Part shown: in pieces, positions 24,559 to 37,439 of the stretch | Numbering within the stretch: position 1 is the stretch's first letter | Layout of the letters: each line of letters opens with the position of its first letter | Made by a program: the position numbers and the translations under genes | The notes under the pieces: model-generated | The model's database searches: none | What the model saw: only the letters and a program-made list of their open reading frames with translations | What the model was told of the DNA's origin: nothing | NCBI GenBank assembly: GCA_002633005.1 | Contig: NMRA01000321.1 | Location: 119,775 to 180,981 of the forward strand | From: Phoronis australis | Lineage: Eukaryota > Animalia > Phoronida | Reading direction: 5' to 3' | Length of the DNA: 61,207 nt

Positions 24559-24603
24559 AAATGTTGTGTCACTGTTCTAGCGTAAACATAACATAACATA
24601 ACA

Positions 24604-24960
24604 CTACCTCAACTCCGCAGTTTGTCGAGTACACACCGTTTGCCATGCTCAATTGTTCCTCTCTTGCCTCTGGATATTGGATGTACACACCAGCTTCTCC
24701 GTTGCTGATTGCACACACCGCAGAGCTGCTCTGTATACACATGTCCATTCCTTTTGGGGATAGCTTTCGTGTAGATGCTTCAGTGTGAAGGCTCTCTTTT
24801 CTATGCTGTCCCGTGTGTCAGAGTCCAACTCCAGGTACGGAACACTCTATTTCTGGGATGTTGTCATCGCTCCAGCTTGGTGTGTCAGACCATCGAGCAA
24901 TATTTCTTGGTTCCTGTTCATTTGTATATCCGTGCCTTCGTTCTATTTCTTTAATCGTAT
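24604..24960 (-). mobile_element. 5' continuation of the I-group LINE split by Gypsy A
   Basis: Degenerate RNase H N-terminus (YTE....NGEAGVYIQYP) on the same strand, resuming at the CTACC TSD. The 5' truncation point is approximate. Confidence 0.7.
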
Positions 24961-25599
24961 AAAAACATACAGTTTTATGTGACTGGGTGGCCGCTAATAG
25001 CTGACCACCGAGAAACAATGACTTAAATAGATATGAACAATCAAGAAGAACAATAGAAATAACAACAGAAAAAGCACATCAATGAACTAAAATACAATGA
25101 GAGTTCATTTATAAACGTGGAATAAGTGCATTTTGCAAAGTGACACAGTGACTATTGATACAAGGAAAACTATTTCCTGTTATTAGTCTAACCAATAGAA
25201 TATGTTTAGGACGAATGCAGCAAAAGACAGATTCGGAAACTTCAGAGTCAGGATTTTCTACTGTAATGTTTCCATGTAGTTTTGTCTAGTAATCAGTGAG
25301 TACACGAGTTTGTTGGTTTTCACTTTGGTCCGATTTTTGTTTTCTTGAAGTTGTTTTTCTCAGGCAACGAAACTGGAGTTACTTTAGCTCATTACATCAA
25401 ATATCCAACGTCCCCGCATTCACCGTCAGTTATTCGCAGACCTGTGTACCAGCTTATCTGCTGCGAAGTATTCTGAATTTCAGATTTTCAAATTTGTCAG
25501 AAAGTTTCCAGATTTTAGCGTAGACACCAAAATTCGAGTTTTTTAGCATGTTAGTGTATTGATAACGCATTTGTACTACTTTTTCCATGTTACTTCATC

Positions 25600-26995
25600 T
25601 TACCGGTTAAACAACATGTACAGGCAGTGCTCTTCATTCCCAATGTGATTATTTAACTGGAATAACATGAAATCGACTTGTCTGACATTCCACTCATTTA
25701 CAGCTTGCTTGTAACGGGCCTTGAAGGGGCTATGCACAGTTAAATCAAGGGGTTGCAGGCGATGCGTGCAATGTTGTAGAAATGCCACAATCCACAGCCC
25801 AGACTCTCTTGCCATGTCCACGACTTTCAAACTTATTCAAACTGATTGTCCATTAGTAAGGTTGCTGTTTTTTTTTCGTGCATCCGATGTGTTTTATGAT
25901 ATGTTGCAACACTGTAGGAAAAATTTCCAATGTGATCCATCCACTCAGAGAGGCTAACCTAAGAGTGCCGGGTGGTGCACCCCGAATAAAATGGTCTTTG
26001 TATTTCACTCTCTGAAATACCATAACAGGGGGATTACCTGTCCTGATGCACTTACGCAGCAGCCAACCAGTGTACCCCGCTCAGTCGCAGGTATCTGACC
26101 AACTGATTTTATGCCTCTTGGTGCAATCACTTTAGCGACGCTCTCAACTGTGGTGCAACCTGTTTCGTCATAGTTATGAATGCTATCTCCATCAAATGCA
26201 TTTTCAGTCAGAACGTCTTTCCACGTTGTGAAAAAATCTTGGACAATTAATTTATTTAAACCATGAACACAGGATTAACTTGTTTCCTGAGGCGTTCGCA
26301 GACTAAGATTTTTGTGGCGTGGCATGAAACTGTACATCCAATCTCTTCCAGCCATGGCATTCTTATCCCAGTATGAAGGATAGACCTTCTCTCTTTTTAT
26401 AACAACTTCATATGCAAGGCGTTGAACATCACTGTATCCCAAACCATGGAACATCAGCGAATGAGTGAGAAGGTATTTGCTCAATGACGCCTCTTCCACG
26501 TCATCAAGCACCTAACAATGGACGAACATATAAATTTTTGTACAGATTGAACATAATTTAATGCGTCTTGATATGTTATGTTCATCCAGTCAAAAGGACA
26601 CTGCATAAGGTTACTATAATATATATAAAAAATAATCGGTACAGGATTAATCTGTAGTGGTTTTCATGAGCCTGAGAAGTAATCATTTACTATTCTATTA
26701 ATTTAAACACAATATCCCAACATCTCAAGTGAGTGTTTTCCTGATTTTATTGATCGACTAGGAGAGAGTGGGACAAGTTGTGCCACTTTTCTCATTTGGT
26801 TACACTGCAATTAAGGTAATAGTGTTTGGCATTTATTTGGTATCCAAGCACATGTCTGCTGTATCTAGTGTAGCAATGTTCTTTGGTGATTTAACTGAGG
26901 ACATTGTGGAATCTGAGCCAAAAATACTGGTCAAGTGGCACAACTTGCCCCAGGCATGGGGCAAGTTACGCATAGCACCTGGGTAAGTTGATCCA
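25600..26995 (-). mobile_element. Decayed pogo-superfamily transposon (CENP-B HTH + DDE_1)
   Basis: FHGL....QRLAYE...W.KN.MAGRDW..SF..RH..LSLRTP, NYDETG, ERG and HCTHRLQPLD motifs. Terminal-type repeats CAAGTTGTGCCAC (26775) and inverted GTGGCACAACTTG (26935). Confidence 0.82.
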
Positions 26996-27164
26996 ATGGC
27001 ATGTGTTGCAAAAACTTTGTACATAACACCCTTATAAAGGAAATTGTTGTGGATTAGATATAAATCATAATTATATTGAGTATCAAAATAAAAATCTAAA
27101 ACTAATAACATGAGAGATGCTTATCTAATCTGCAGTTTCAAGACTATAAATATTAACAGAAAAC

Positions 27165-30100
27165 AAATCAGTCCATCATCACTGGCGTACGTTTTCACAA
27201 TCTCCGCCATTTTTCAAAATCCACGTTTGGCATTTTCGTCAACTACTAGAACAACATCTCTGTACGCTAGATTATCACTAGAATCCAACCATTTCCGCCG
27301 AGGGGACAGTTTGTGTATGTTAGTTAACCATCTTCTCCAAAATTCATCGACCATGGCGTTACATAACTTGCGACGCTTTCTGAAGTCGGCAGTGTACTCA
27401 GTACAAGGGACTTGAGGACTTGGCAGCTCGCCTCTACCGATCAGGAAGTGGTTGGGTGTAATAGGGGCGTTGTCCAATGGTGAAGACGACATGGCTGTAA
27501 GTGGCCGATTATTTATCAAAGACGATATCTGACAGAACACTGTCTCCCACTCCACGAATGGGAGCTTGTCAGCTTGCTCACGATTGAGACGAAGATTCAA
27601 GTCTCTCATTTCATTGTGAGCACCTCGAAAACACGTGGCATTGTCGCTGACTATCATAGCTGGTGCACCACGTTTGCTCACGAACCGCTGAAAGGCCTGG
27701 AGAAAGGCTGATGTTTGAGAGATCTTGAACGCATGTCATCGCACAGGTGAATACAGCACAGTAACCCTTGGAGATGGTGTTTCTGGTGAGTTTCACATTA
27801 ACTGGTCCCAAATAGTCCACTAACGTAGTCTTAAATGCTGGGGTACACGGTGTAATACGACAGTCGGGAAGATCGACCATCTTTTGCTTCAAAGGTTTCC
27901 CACGGTAACGTCTACAAATCATACATTCATGAACAACGCGTCGAGATACGTTAATGTCTCCGATTAACCAGTAATTCTTACGGACTTCGAAGACAGTTCT
28001 GTGGTATCCTCCATGGAGTGCGTGGCGACGCCTCTCACGAACAACCAGCAGACTTATGTGACTTCGCTTTGGTATTGGATATGGATGACGGATGTCATAA
28101 GAAATCGGTGCCTTTCTGATGCGACCACCAACTCTATACACACCCTCTTCATCGTCGAACAAAGGACTAAGACTCATTATTTGGTGGTTCTTGAAGTCAA
28201 TTTCCTGTTGCGCACAACGGATCCAGTACAGCTCAGCCTCCTTCAGGTGCGCTCGAGTAGGCCATTTGGAAATCTGAGACGTCCACGACTTTAACCACTG
28301 AGACCTAGGCAAATCTCTCAAAGACAAGATACGAGGGGTAACCATGAGCAGCCTTGACCAACTTGAGAACCGCTTAGGGTCAATGAACGGTGTGACAGCC
28401 ACTTTCACAGCATACATGTGGGCATTTCTGACGTGAAACTTCTTTTGTTCGGGATCATCTGGAATCTGAATAGTCTTTGGCGTAGTGGGACAAAGGGCAG
28501 GCGGTTGTTTTAGGACTCTGGTTCGTCTATAACTTGTTGCATTTCAGCAGCCGTACCACCACGTGAGACAAGATCGATGACATTCTGTTTGGTTGGATCA
28601 AACTCTGACGTAACTTCACCAACGCGGTATGCTACATACGACCTGAAAGATTTCGACTGACCACGTAACCAGCATATTGCAGTCAAACTGTCGCTCCACT
28701 CTCTCCTGTACGATACTTCAAGTCTTAGAGCTCTGTCAACACATATCATCAGCCATGAAGGAAGAAGGATCGCTTGAAGTTCTTTGCGTGGTATACTTGT
28801 CTGTTTTAACGGGGTAACTCGTGCTCGGGCACAAACGAACGACAGTTCAGCACTGTCATCCTCTGGATAAGACCAACGTAGCAAAACACCCATACCCATG
28901 GCATCCTCAAAGGCGTCACTGAGACCGTGTAGCGACACTGTGGGTAGGGTTGTCGAGCCTTTAAACTTTTCCGGGATAAGACAGCGAGGTATCTCAATCG
29001 TATTGACTTGTTCTAAACCCTTTTGGATTTCGTCCCATATGGAGCTTAGCTCACTTTGGGGTGTTAAAAGCGTGTCCCAGTCTAAGTCAAATTGCCACAT
29101 ACGTTGAAGCAGAACCTTAGGACGTACGAGAACACCTGACAAGATTCCAAATACATCGTAGTAGGACGCAGTTTTCTTCAGAATGTTGCGTTTTGTCACC
29201 ATTTCATGTTCGATCTTGACTGGTTTCACACTGAGTGTGTCTTTTTCGAGGTTCCATATGGTCCCAAGTACAACAGGCTCACCATCGCTGGGAACGAATT
29301 CTGCTTCACAAATTTCGCTCACGTTGGATAGCCACTTGCGAATCTCGAATTTCCCTTTGTCTAGTACTTCAGTAAGGCGGCCCTTCATCTGACTCGTATT
29401 CTGAGATGTTCTCTCTGAATCGTTTAAATCGTCCATGTAAAACTGGTCTCGGATGATGCGTTGAAGCTCTACATCATCAGGTGCATGCTCGTCAACTGTA
29501 AGTCGTAACGCTACTATGGCTGCAGTTGGATACGGTTTGTCACAGAATGTGACCGTTGTCAATTCGTAGACGTTGACGGGGTAATCAGGATGCTCTCTAA
29601 AGACATAACGGTGAAATTGAGCATCCCCTGGTGTTATATTAACTGCTTGGAACATCTTGCTAATATCCGCTGCTATACCAACTTCAAATTCTCGAAATCG
29701 CAGTGCGACATCAAAAAGATCGCTGTTGATGTTTTTACCCTTCGCAAGGTAATCGTTGAGAGAGTGCCCTTGATATCTCGCCTTGCCGTCGAACACAACA
29801 CGCACAGAAGTAGTAATCGAGTCCTTCTTGACAGCAAAATGAGGCAGGAACCACATCCGCTTGTCTCTCTGCAGCGCCTCTTCAGTAACAAGTCTGGCAA
29901 CGCCACGGGACACCTGGTCTCTCATGTGTTCGCAGTAAACTCTCCATTCAGCTGCTCTGTTGCGAAACTGTTTCTCTAGGTTCTGAAGTCTATTGACTGC
30001 ATAAGTGTAGTTGATTGGCAGTTTCTCTGGAGACTTTCTCTACGGCACATTTATCTGGTATGTACCATCTTCTAGTCGAGTGACACTTTGCTTCATAAAG

Positions 30101-32706
30101 TCGGCAGCCTGCTTATCCTTCTCTTCTGCAGTACACTTACAACGTTCCGGCTCCAAACCCATCCTTTCCAAACCAAGAAACTCTTCTAGCTCGCCTACTG
30201 CACGTATTTGTGCGTAGTGTAGTAGGGCATTACACTGAAGCTCACCAGTTTCGGACCAATGATTACTTCTTATGATGTGATCAGATCAGTATTGTCTACG
30301 CCCAAAATCACGTCTATTACGTCACAGGGAGCTTCGGTTATCTTGATGTTCTGTAAATGGGGATACTGTGCAATCTGCTGGTTGAAAACTATTGGTGAGT
30401 CTCCGCACGGTTTTCTCATTTCAGTGAGTCTGACCTTACGAGATAGTGTTCCAGACAAATCTTCAATCACACAGTCGACGACTCGGAGACTTTGACTTAT
30501 TGTGTTGCCGTCCACGGTGGTGAGTTGCATATGGTGATCAGCAGACTTAGGAATGATACCTTCGCGAATAAGTGAAACCTGGCTACCCTGGTCAAGAAGA
30601 ATAAGGACCATCACCTTTCTTGTGCCATGAGTTATGTACCCCATAACAGTTGGCAAAACATTGGCCAAGCCTTGGCCACGGGTGCTCATGTCTGGAGTGG
30701 AGGTCGGAATAGAATTCACTGGTTGGAACTCGGGTGCTTGCGTTTTCAAACCAGGAGTAAACGATGACTTGTCTGAGGTACCATAGCCATCGAGGCCGTA
30801 TTCAGTGGGACATGTCGAAGAGAAATGCGTATCTCTACTACAGGTCGGTATCTGGCAAGGACCTTTGAATTGGCAGTTCTGTTGACCGAATGGGTGCTTT
30901 CCTGCTATGCAGCTATTATGTCCACATCTAAAGCAAATGTTATTCTTCTTCGTGATGTCAAATTTCGCTTCCTGTTTCAATGTTCTGAACTTGTTACAGC
31001 CTTTCAGAAAATGGTTAGTGAACTTGGGATGCAGAGGACATTTTAATGGTTACGTAGTTTTGTACCAGGGGACACCGTTGTGTGATTCGTCGTTGTTTTG
31101 TACCGCTTTTGTTGCTGTTGTTGGCTTTGCACAGGTGTCTCGCTACAGTCTTTGGCTTTCTGTAAGACAATCAGTTGCTCGTGTAGCCATGTGACCAAAC
31201 CGGTCAGTGTATCTTCAGTTTCGCCGTCTCGGGTGCTTTTCAAGTACTGAATGCGGTGTTCTTCTTGCATCTTACGTCGAATCTGTGTTAAAATGACCCT
31301 GTCATTCAGACCACCCGGTAAGCTGAGCGATTTTACTTGAACCTCAAAACACTGCAATGTTTCGACAAATGTTTCTAAAACTGGTAGGTCAACTCGCCCT
31401 CTTATGTCATGATTTTAGGTTGTCGATGTCTCTCAACGAAGCGTCGTTTATGCGGTCATCGTCACCATACTCGTTGTCCAAAATCTCCCACGCCCTAGCA
31501 ACACTCAAACAGTTTTTTATTTTCTTTTTCTCCTTTTGCCTGTCCATTGATTCAATTAACTGATATAAACACTCAGTTTCTCCCAGCGATTTGGCAAAAT
31601 ACACGAACCGTTCTTTGAAGTGTTTGTATTCTCTCAAGTCACCTGAGAACGTAGGGAATTTAACCTTTGCCATTCGTACAGCAGATGTCGTTTCACTTGA
31701 CTCGAGTTTCTCAGGTTTTGCAGCATGTGAGGGTTCGGGCTCTGTACCACGAGCAAGGAGATGGTACATTATAGGTAGAGCAGATTTACACACATCTACG
31801 TAGCCCTTAGCACGACCTTCAATATCGTTTACTGCCATTTCGTTATTAACGTCTTCCAGTTCACTCAGTTCAAGTTCTAACACTCGAACGTAATATATTT
31901 CCAGTTCATCCATACTATTTCGAATAGAATCTCCGAGTTTCTGGTATCCAGACTTCGGAATACCATCCGTGGAACTTAACAACGGGTGTGCCTGTTTGAA
32001 AAATCCGGTTATTTCACGTTTGCTAGCCGCCCGGCTCGATTTATCACTTTTCAAGTCCGAGTCACTGGGCGCCGCCATTTTGAATTTTCAGTCTACGTTG
32101 AGTGCTATCGGAGAAAGTTCAGCATAGTTCACTCTTATAGTTTGACCTCTACTTACATATCACACGAAAGTTGAAAAAGCTGTTATGGAATCACACATTG
32201 AAACAATAAATAGTCTCTGCAATGCGTTTCGGCGAGTAAAATGCGACAAATATTGCGAGAGCGACTCGATATGTTTTAATATATATTTTTCAACTGTGTG
32301 GAACTCAAAAAACATAACGCCACTGTCACAAACCGATAAAACGAACGACAGCGAAGGAAGAAGGATCGCTTGCAGAAAAGCTTATAACTAACTAGCAATC
32401 CGTCGCATGACAATAAGTGTCCCTGTAACCAGGACGAAGATGTTGTGATATACGCATTTTTATGGACTGTTTCGTTTCACCTATGCAACTGTCTGAGCAC
32501 TGGGGCTACTTACACTGTACGCCATTGACAATACATGATTTGTTACCCGTGAGGGTTTTGTCCTTGACATTAACCAGTTGGTTGCGGAGAGAATTAAACG
32601 GTTTGTGGATGATAGAAATGTCAAACTCTTTAAATGCCTGTTGAGGCGGCCAGAATAACGATAACGTCACAAGCCAAGCTGAAGTCCGTGAGATGCGGAC
32701 GCAACA
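27165..32706 (-). mobile_element. Decayed BEL/Pao LTR retrotransposon, 3' LTR missing
   Basis: Gag FPTFSGD and Cys knuckles, protease LLDQGSQVS, RT (FLPHFAV, RVVFDG, ADISKMF, FYMDDL), Pao RNase H (LHGLSDA, IPRKELQA, WSDS) and integrase, in PR-RT-RH-IN order. Putative 5' LTR 32441-32706 (TGTTG...CAACA). Confidence 0.92.
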
Positions 32707-32818
32707 TCGCTAATTTTTTAAAGTTTTTATTCCAGTATTAGACTCAAACTTTATCTGTTTTCTCAACTGGATGTCTCAAAATTTTCACGCTATTAGTAAA
32801 AGTCAGCTTCGAGGGTTC

Positions 32819-35800
32819 TGTTGTATTCTTCGTGTCCCCGATAATACAAGCGTTACATGGATAACTGAGGATATACAGGGTTGACACAAAGTACTGATAT
32901 AACATCTCCCTTTCTAAAACGTTAAAACTAAAAACCACTAAACTAGGTAGGCCTATATAGTCCATGTCAAGGTACTTATCCAACAGTCCGTTAATATACC
33001 ACTTAAACTAACACTAAAAAAGTCACATGTCAAGCACTCTCCTGGACTTAATGGTACGACCGAAAGATGAAACTTTTAACGCACTGTCTGCATCGGTGTC
33101 TCGGACAGACACTAAAGAACGCCGGTTTCGACTGATCGGCTTCTTCGTCTCGGTGTTTCTCAGTTCGTACGACCTAGGGGTGCCAGCGTTCTGGCCAACC
33201 ACCACTTTGGGTTTGTCCAGGTCGCGGACATGGACCTGAGTCCCAACTCTCAAAGGAGATAGCTCCCGTTCTCTACCGCGAGCAGCAGACTTAAGGCAAG
33301 CGACTTGCTCTCTCGTTTGCACCTGAGCGTAACTCGGTGTGTTCGGCGTTAGCACTGACGGCAGTGCAGGTAAGGTCGTTTGAATCTTGCGCCCCATCAA
33401 CAGTTCGGCTGGAGAAAAACCATTCTCCAATGGGGCTGAACGATACGCGAGTAGTGCAAGGTAAGGATCCGACTCTTTCTGCAGCATTCTCTTCACTGTT
33501 TGCACCGCTCTCTCTGCTGCGCCGTTACTTCTTGGGTGTTTAGGCGAACTTGTCACATGAGTAAACCCATATGATTTGGCAAAAAGGCTAAACTCTTTGC
33601 TCGTGTACTGCAATCCATTGTCCGAAACTAGAAGATCCGGAATCCCATGACGCGCAAAGATGGACTTCATATGACGAATTACTTCACCCGACTCTGTGTT
33701 ATTCAGCAAGGCAACCTCCACATACCGCGAATAGTAATCAACCACTAACATATAATTTCGGCCCTTAAAATGAAATAAATCACTTCCTAACTTTTCCCAT
33801 GGGCGACTTGGGAATTCTGATCGCAAGATCGATTCATCCGATTCGTTGCTAGTAACACGGCACTTAACACAATGTCGAACCATGTCACCGATTTGCTTTG
33901 ACATGCCAGACCACCACACAAAGTGACTGGCTCCCTCTCTACACTTGGTGACTCCTAAGTGACCTTGATGGATTTTCTGAAGCACATCCATTCGCATGGT
34001 TGTAGGAACAATCACGGCACTACCTTTGACTAAGGTGTTGTTAACGAGAGATATCTCAGCACGATTCTCAAAATACGGCCTCAAGAGAAAATCCTCAATA
34101 CTGAGATAACTTGGCCATGAGGATGACACAAACGACAACACTTTTAAGAGAACTGCATCCTCTCGCTGACACCTTTGAATTTCCACAAGCTTATTCGGCG
34201 TAGCAGCACGACTCAAGTTACACTCAGCGAAATGCTCAACTTCCAAAGTGAACAACTCCTCTTCAACGGAGTGCGCAGCTGTCGACCTCGACAAAGCATC
34301 CGCCACAACGTTCTTCTTCCCACTGATGTACATGTACTCCATCGTGTAGTCATATCGCATGAGACGCATGAGAAAACGCTGAATTCTGGGAGACAGTTTG
34401 TCGAGTTAGATGTCGTTGAGCAACGGAACCAATGGCTTATGGTCCGTCTGAATTGTTACGTGCTTTCCAATAATGTAGTTACGAAACTTTTCGCAAGCCC
34501 ACGTCACACCTAGTGACTCTTTTTCGATAGTAGCATAACGGTTTTTGGTCGGTGACAGAGACCGCGACGCTGCATACACTAGTCGCCACGCACTACCAGA
34601 GGAGGGCTGCACCAAGACCGTCTCCAGACGCATCAGTCTGAAGCAATGTTGGCTTTTGGGTGACATACACAACTAACTCGACACCTCTAGACAAGTCACG
34701 TTTAATGTCCTCAAATGACTTCCTCTGGTCCGGTCCCCAGACCCAAGGGACATCACTTTTTAGTAGACCACGCAAAGGGCCACTAATTTTGCCAAGGCAA
34801 TCTGAGAACTTGCACAACTGTTGTGCCATGCCGAGGAAACTGCGAACATCAGAAATGTTCTGGGGTATACGAAAATCAACCAATCCCTGTACTGCATCTG
34901 GATTGGCTTTTATGCCTGACTGAGATGAAATGACCGAGAAACAATACGGCACCACGTGAGAACTCACACTTCTGCTCGTTTAATGTCATTCCAGCCCTGA
35001 CCATGCGTTCCGGGACCGCACGAACTCTGGCGTCATGTTCTCCTTTTGAAGCACCCCACACACACACACACATCATCCATGTGGACGACTACTCCATCAA
35101 GTCCGGAAAACACTTCCGTTACAAACTTCGAGTAGATTTCGGGGCTTGACGTCAGTCCAAAAGGTAAACGTTTATACGCAAATCGACCAAAGGGCGTCAG
35201 AAAGGTAGTCAGGCGTTGACTATCCTTCGCCAACGGAATCTGATAGAAACCGGAGTTCGCATCCAATTTTGTGAACAACACACCTGAGTCTAACTTGGCT
35301 AAACTTGATTCAACATGACTCAGGGAAAACTTCCCTCTGAACAACTTTGTTCAGTTCAGTGTAATCAATACATATACGGACATTGTTATTAGGTTTTGGC
35401 ACCACAACCATAGGTGAGCACCAATCGGTAGGACCTTCTACGGGATATATGACATCATATTCCACCATTTTGTCCAACTCGGCTTTGACTTGTTCCATAA
35501 GGGGATATGGAACGGTACGTGGAACGGTAAAGGCAAACGGCTGGTTTTCAGCTCGCAGTTTTATGGATGCTTCAGCAGTCATTTTTCCCAAGCCGGAAAA
35601 CAAACCTGGGAAATGCCTTGTCTGCGTCTGACTGAGACGCTGCATCGACAGTGCAAGTCAGTTTCAATAAATCTAACTCGCGGCATGCATTTCGGCTCAA
35701 CAATGCTCGGTTCTGATCCACTGCGTAGATACGCTCAACATAACTCTTGCCATTGACAGTCATTTGTGAGTCAAAATATCCCGCAACGTCTATCAAGTTG

Positions 35801-36985
35801 TTGCCTGGGCCCGTCAAACTTCTGTCCGACTTAGATAGTGAAATGTCATTACACAGTGACAAGGGGACAAGCATCAGCTCCTGAGTCCCCCTTAAAATGT
35901 ACCACGGACTCTAGCTTATGTACTAGGACAGACTTTGCCCATGCACTCGCGCTTGAGACTGAGTCGATTTGGCCGAGAAACCCACTGGCTGAGTTTTCTG
36001 TCTCAACATCACCAACGCTAGATGACGCACCTGCATTGGGACAAACTTTCGCGTAGTGTCCTTTCTGTTTACAAACTTTGCAAATTACATCAGCAGCAGG
36101 ACACTTGCCTGTATAATGTGTGACGTACCCACACTTGTTACACGATTTAGGCTTAGAGTGTTTTGACTTTGGCACGTACGGAGGGGTGTTGCGAGCAAGG
36201 GGTTTTGTTTTTCTTTTGACGGACGACATCAACTTTACAAGGTGTACTAAGCTCGGCAATATTTTTTTTCAACTTGCTCGGCCTAGCGTGCCATGTTTAC
36301 GGCTACTGATTCCGTGAGTTTTTCAACGTCGATCTTTTGCATCTCTCTGGATCTGGAAACGGTTTTATCCAGGATGCCTACAACAATCTTGTCGCGTATC
36401 TGTTCAGAACGGTTGCTGAACTCACAGCGGTCTGCTAAGTCGTTGAGAGCACGTACATACTCTTCAACGGAATCGTTTTCTTTCTGATCACGACGATAGA
36501 ACTTCGCTCGTTCGTGAATTACGTACCTTTTCGGTGAGAAATAGGCGTTTAAAGCATTGACTACAGTTGCATAGCTGTTGAGATCGTCTGCACTCAAACT
36601 GAGGCCTTTTACGACAGATTCAGCACAACTCCCCATTGCATATAACAAACTGTCCACTTGGACTTCACACTTCTCTTTGTCCAACTTTGATAACGAATGG
36701 AACCGGGACCACCGGCTGGACCACTCTGTCCAGTGACTAGGGTCAAAGTCGGAGGGTGGGTTAAACTTGGCCATGGCGACAGACACCTACCAGACACTAA
36801 AGTTTCACTATCTAACCAAACAATGGTAAAGTTAATGTTCTTTAACAGCAACAACTGTGACTTTTTGCTGCATCACACGATGTGCACACTGGCCACCATG
36901 TTGTATTCTTCGTGTCCCCCGATAATACAAGCGTTACATGGATAACTGAGTGTATACAGGGTTGACACAAAGTACTGATATAACA
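32819..36985 (-). mobile_element. Gypsy LTR retrotransposon (Gypsy B) with 86/87-bp LTRs
   Basis: Near-identical LTRs at 32819-32904 and 36899-36985. PPT at 32905-32914; PBS-like TGGTGGC at 36892-36898. Gag with CKVCKQKGHYAKVC, protease DSGAD, RT (KLDANSGFYQI, LPFGL, HMDD), RNase H (DAS, TDHKPL), and a 448-aa ORF with the HHCC/DDE integrase. Frameshifted. Confidence 0.95.
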
Positions 36986-37439
36986 CTCCCTTTAAACACA
37001 GAAATTGAATTGACGTACACCGATAAGTGAAAACAAGACCGGGTAATATAGGACCAGGGTAACGTCGGGATGGGGTAACGTGGGGACGGGGGAACATTGG
37101 GCAGCGGGAATATTGGGCAGCGGAATATTGGTTGGGGAACAGAGGGACGGGGATTGTAGTGACAGGGGAACAGTGGGCAGACCATGTTGGGGCACAATGA
37201 CACTGACATATGTATAAAGAAAACAAAACAACTTAAACCAAATAAACGTTTTTCATTTTAGGTTCTTGAAAGCGAAGGTAATGTATGCTGCTTCAGCTGC
37301 CAAACGTCAACCGGCGAGGACAGCAAGCTGAAAACTTTCAACGAAAACACTTAGTCAACACAGAAGAACGTCACTACTCTACGTAAAAAATTAAAATGTG
37401 ACAAATACTCCCTCGTTACGCAAAGAATAGCGGAAGCTA

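Larger units (their letters stand above)
19624..24603 (-). mobile_element. Decayed Gypsy LTR retrotransposon (Gypsy A) with 5-bp TSD CTACC
   Basis: 3' LTR 19624-19782 (TGTTGTG...CATAACA), PPT at 19783-19794, shortened 5' LTR 24562-24603. CTACC lies at 19619-19623 and 24604-24608. Gag CCHC (CLKCGKQNHYTSVC), protease IDTGA, RT (FSKIDLSHAYQQ, LPFGISCAPGIFQ), integrase (RIHIDYAGP, IVSDN, APYHPA). Confidence 0.92.

Noticed and set aside
33023-34369. 448-aa ORF as a domesticated integrase gene
   Set aside because: It is the 3' part of Gypsy B pol, lying between two LTRs with upstream frameshifts.
36873-37231. Pro-rich ORFs in three minus-strand frames
   Set aside because: A by-product of a C-rich repeat strand lacking stop codons and running into the LTR.
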